Origin: an uncultured Alphaproteobacteria bacterium
GTDB lineage: Bacteria; Pseudomonadota; Alphaproteobacteria; HIMB59; GCA-002718135
Assembly (NCBI GenBank): GCA_902618015.1
Contig: CACMYX010000001.1
Location: 252,028 to 316,027, forward strand
Direction: 5' to 3'
Length of the DNA: 64,000 nt
The translations under genes and the position numbers were made by a program. This document shows, piece by piece, positions 62,520 through 64,000 of this stretch (the stretch's first letter is position 1; every line of letters begins with the position of its first letter). Below the pieces are notes generated by a model. It was not told the DNA's origin. It saw only the letters and a program-made list of their open reading frames with translations, and ran no database searches.

Positions 62520-63995
62520 TTATTTTAATTCAGCCTTAATGATATTTTCAACAACTTTTGCTGAGGAAAGTACTCCTGGTATACCTGCTCCTGGATGGGA
62601 ACCTGCAGCAGAAAAATAAAGGTTTTTGATTTTTTTATCTTTATTGTGGTATCTGAACCAAGCTGATTGGGTAAAGATTGGAGCTATAGAAAACCCAGCG
62701 CCGTGCATTGAATTATAATCATTTTTAAAATCTTTAGGATTCATCCAAAACACATCTGTGATATTTTTCTCTAAATTTGGCATGATTGTTTTTGATAATT
62801 CTTTAACTATTTTATCTTTAAGATTTTCTGATTCACTATCCCAATCCACGTTACCTTGTAAATTAGGAACTGGACATAAAACATAAAAACTATCACATCC
62901 TTCAGGAGCAAAAGACTTATCTGTTGCAGTAGGTCTATGTATATATAAAGAAAAATCTTCAGATAAAATTTTATTTTTAAATATATCATTTAATAAAGAT
63001 TTAAATCTTTCTGTCATCCAAATGGTATGGTGAGCAATATTATGATATTGTTTTTTTGTACCAAAAAAAAGAACAAAGAGACCCATCGAATACAACAAGT
63101 TTTTTTCTCTCAACACAGGCCTGCTTAAATTTTGTTTTTTTAAAAGTTTCGAATAAACCATAGGTGGATCAGCATTACAAACAACTAAGTCTAGGTTTGT
63201 AATTTCTTCATTATCTGTTAATATTTTTGTGATTTTATTATTTTCAACAATAAACTCTTTTGCTTCAGTACTAGTTTTAATCTTAATACCAGAGTTAATC
63301 ATTAATTTTTTTAATTCAGATACAATCTTTCCTGTACCGCCCATACAAAAAAACACTCCCCACTTTCTCTCTAAATAATGAATTAAAGCATAAATCGATG
63401 TAGTTGTGTGAGGGTCGCCTCCAACTAAAAGTGGATGAATTGAAAATGCCTTTCTCAGGTATGGGTTTTTTAAATAACTGTTAACAAGTTGAGATACAGT
63501 AAAGTAACTTTTTAAGATTATTAAATTAGGGATAACAGCTAACATTTTAAAAAAAGATATAAAGGGTTTATCTGCTAGTTGTGTGAAACCCACGTCAAAT
63601 ATTTTTTTTGATTGATTTAAAAGTCTGAAATATCCTCTGATATCTCTCTTATCAAATTTACTTATTTCATTATTTGTTTCTTCAATCGTTGAACAATAAT
63701 CAAAAGTCTTGCCGTCGTGAAAATAATATCTATACCATGGTTCAAGAGGAACAAAATTTAGATGATCTTCCCTTTTTTTTCCAAATAAGCTAAATAATTC
63801 ATCAAAAAGGAATGGTGCAGTTATGACTGTTGGGCCAGCATCATGCTTAAACCCATTTACTTCAAAAACTCTTGCTCTTCCTCCGATATCATCTAATTTC
63901 TCAATAATTGTTGTGTCATAGCCAAGTTTTTTTAATCTTAAACTGATAGCTATGCCCCCAAAACCACTTCCTATAACTACTGCTTTTTTTCCCAT
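62520..63995 (-). CDS. crtI: phytoene desaturase
   Basis: VIGSGFGG..ISLRL FAD motif. 491 aa. C-terminal GAGIPGVLSSAK. Confidence 0.92.
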   Translation of the reverse strand: MGKKAVVIGSGFGGIAISLRLKKLGYDTTIIEKLDDIGGRARVFEVNGFKHDAGPTVITAPFLFDELFSLFGKKREDHLNFVPLEPWYRYYFHDGKTFDYCSTIEETNNEISKFDKRDIRGYFRLLNQSKKIFDVGFTQLADKPFISFFKMLAVIPNLIILKSYFTVSQLVNSYLKNPYLRKAFSIHPLLVGGDPHTTTSIYALIHYLERKWGVFFCMGGTGKIVSELKKLMINSGIKIKTSTEAKEFIVENNKITKILTDNEEITNLDLVVCNADPPMVYSKLLKKQNLSRPVLREKNLLYSMGLFVLFFGTKKQYHNIAHHTIWMTERFKSLLNDIFKNKILSEDFSLYIHRPTATDKSFAPEGCDSFYVLCPVPNLQGNVDWDSESENLKDKIVKELSKTIMPNLEKNITDVFWMNPKDFKNDYNSMHGAGFSIAPIFTQSAWFRYHNKDKKIKNLYFSAAGSHPGAGIPGVLSSAKVVENIIKAELK

Positions 63996-64000
63996 TATTA

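Noticed and set aside
245-62989. Remaining short antisense ORFs in the track (245-493, 899-1096, 3066-3293, 10539-10739, 15959-16201, 17044-17304, 17086-17283, 19673-19873, 24007-24201, 32925-33209, 34110-34310, 38446-38649, 38766-38972, 42030-42281, 44290-44478, 45868-46071, 50748-50939, 50943-51218, 54970-55233, 62807-62989)
   Set aside because: Each is fully nested in, and antisense or out of frame to, a longer ORF with recognisable family motifs. None has an RBS or conserved-looking sequence.

Overview
The window is very AT-rich and extremely gene-dense. Many neighbouring genes abut or overlap by 1-4 nt (ATGA or TAATG junctions) and there are almost no spacers. Gene content and order suggest a streamlined marine alphaproteobacterium of the SAR11 / Candidatus Pelagibacter type: a crtI-crtB-crtY-blh retinal operon, a complete ccmABCDEFGH operon, a SUV3-like helicase, a HemX/HemY-like pair, rpoH, CarD and a 7Fe ferredoxin. 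This assignment is inference from content; no search was possible.

Positions 1-45.5 kb are core housekeeping genes: dxs, panB, dusA, acnA, ccm, folD, argG, tsaD, acs, tdk, rsmB and purH. Odd details in this part:
- a Lys/Ala-repeat histone-like mini-protein behind an unusually long spacer
- a phosphatase-fold protein with all metal-binding motifs degenerate
- a ChrR-type anti-sigma factor without its zinc ligands
- a tandem pair of TPR + GT9-like proteins
- purH split into two ORFs exactly at its domain linker

Positions 45.7-56.9 kb are a visibly even more AT-rich surface-glycan island. It carries rfbF-rfbG CDP-sugar genes, a GT2, a polytopic membrane protein, an AsnB-like amidotransferase, two 2OG-oxygenase-like genes and methyltransferases.

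The most unusual structure is at 56,992-59,692. The 3'-terminal 51 nt of tRNA-Gly(GCC) occur three times in direct orientation, and only the last copy is a complete tRNA. These copies bound two short modules that lack an integrase and carry one gene each, a lipoprotein and an MFS transporter. The modules share a homologous att-adjacent arm, have module-specific subterminal motif pairs, and one contains a stray 5' fragment of tRNA-Ser(UGA). This looks like a tandem, cassette-like array at a tRNA integration hotspot directly downstream of the retinal biosynthesis operon.

No rRNA, CRISPR array, transposase, integrase or phage structural gene was recognised.
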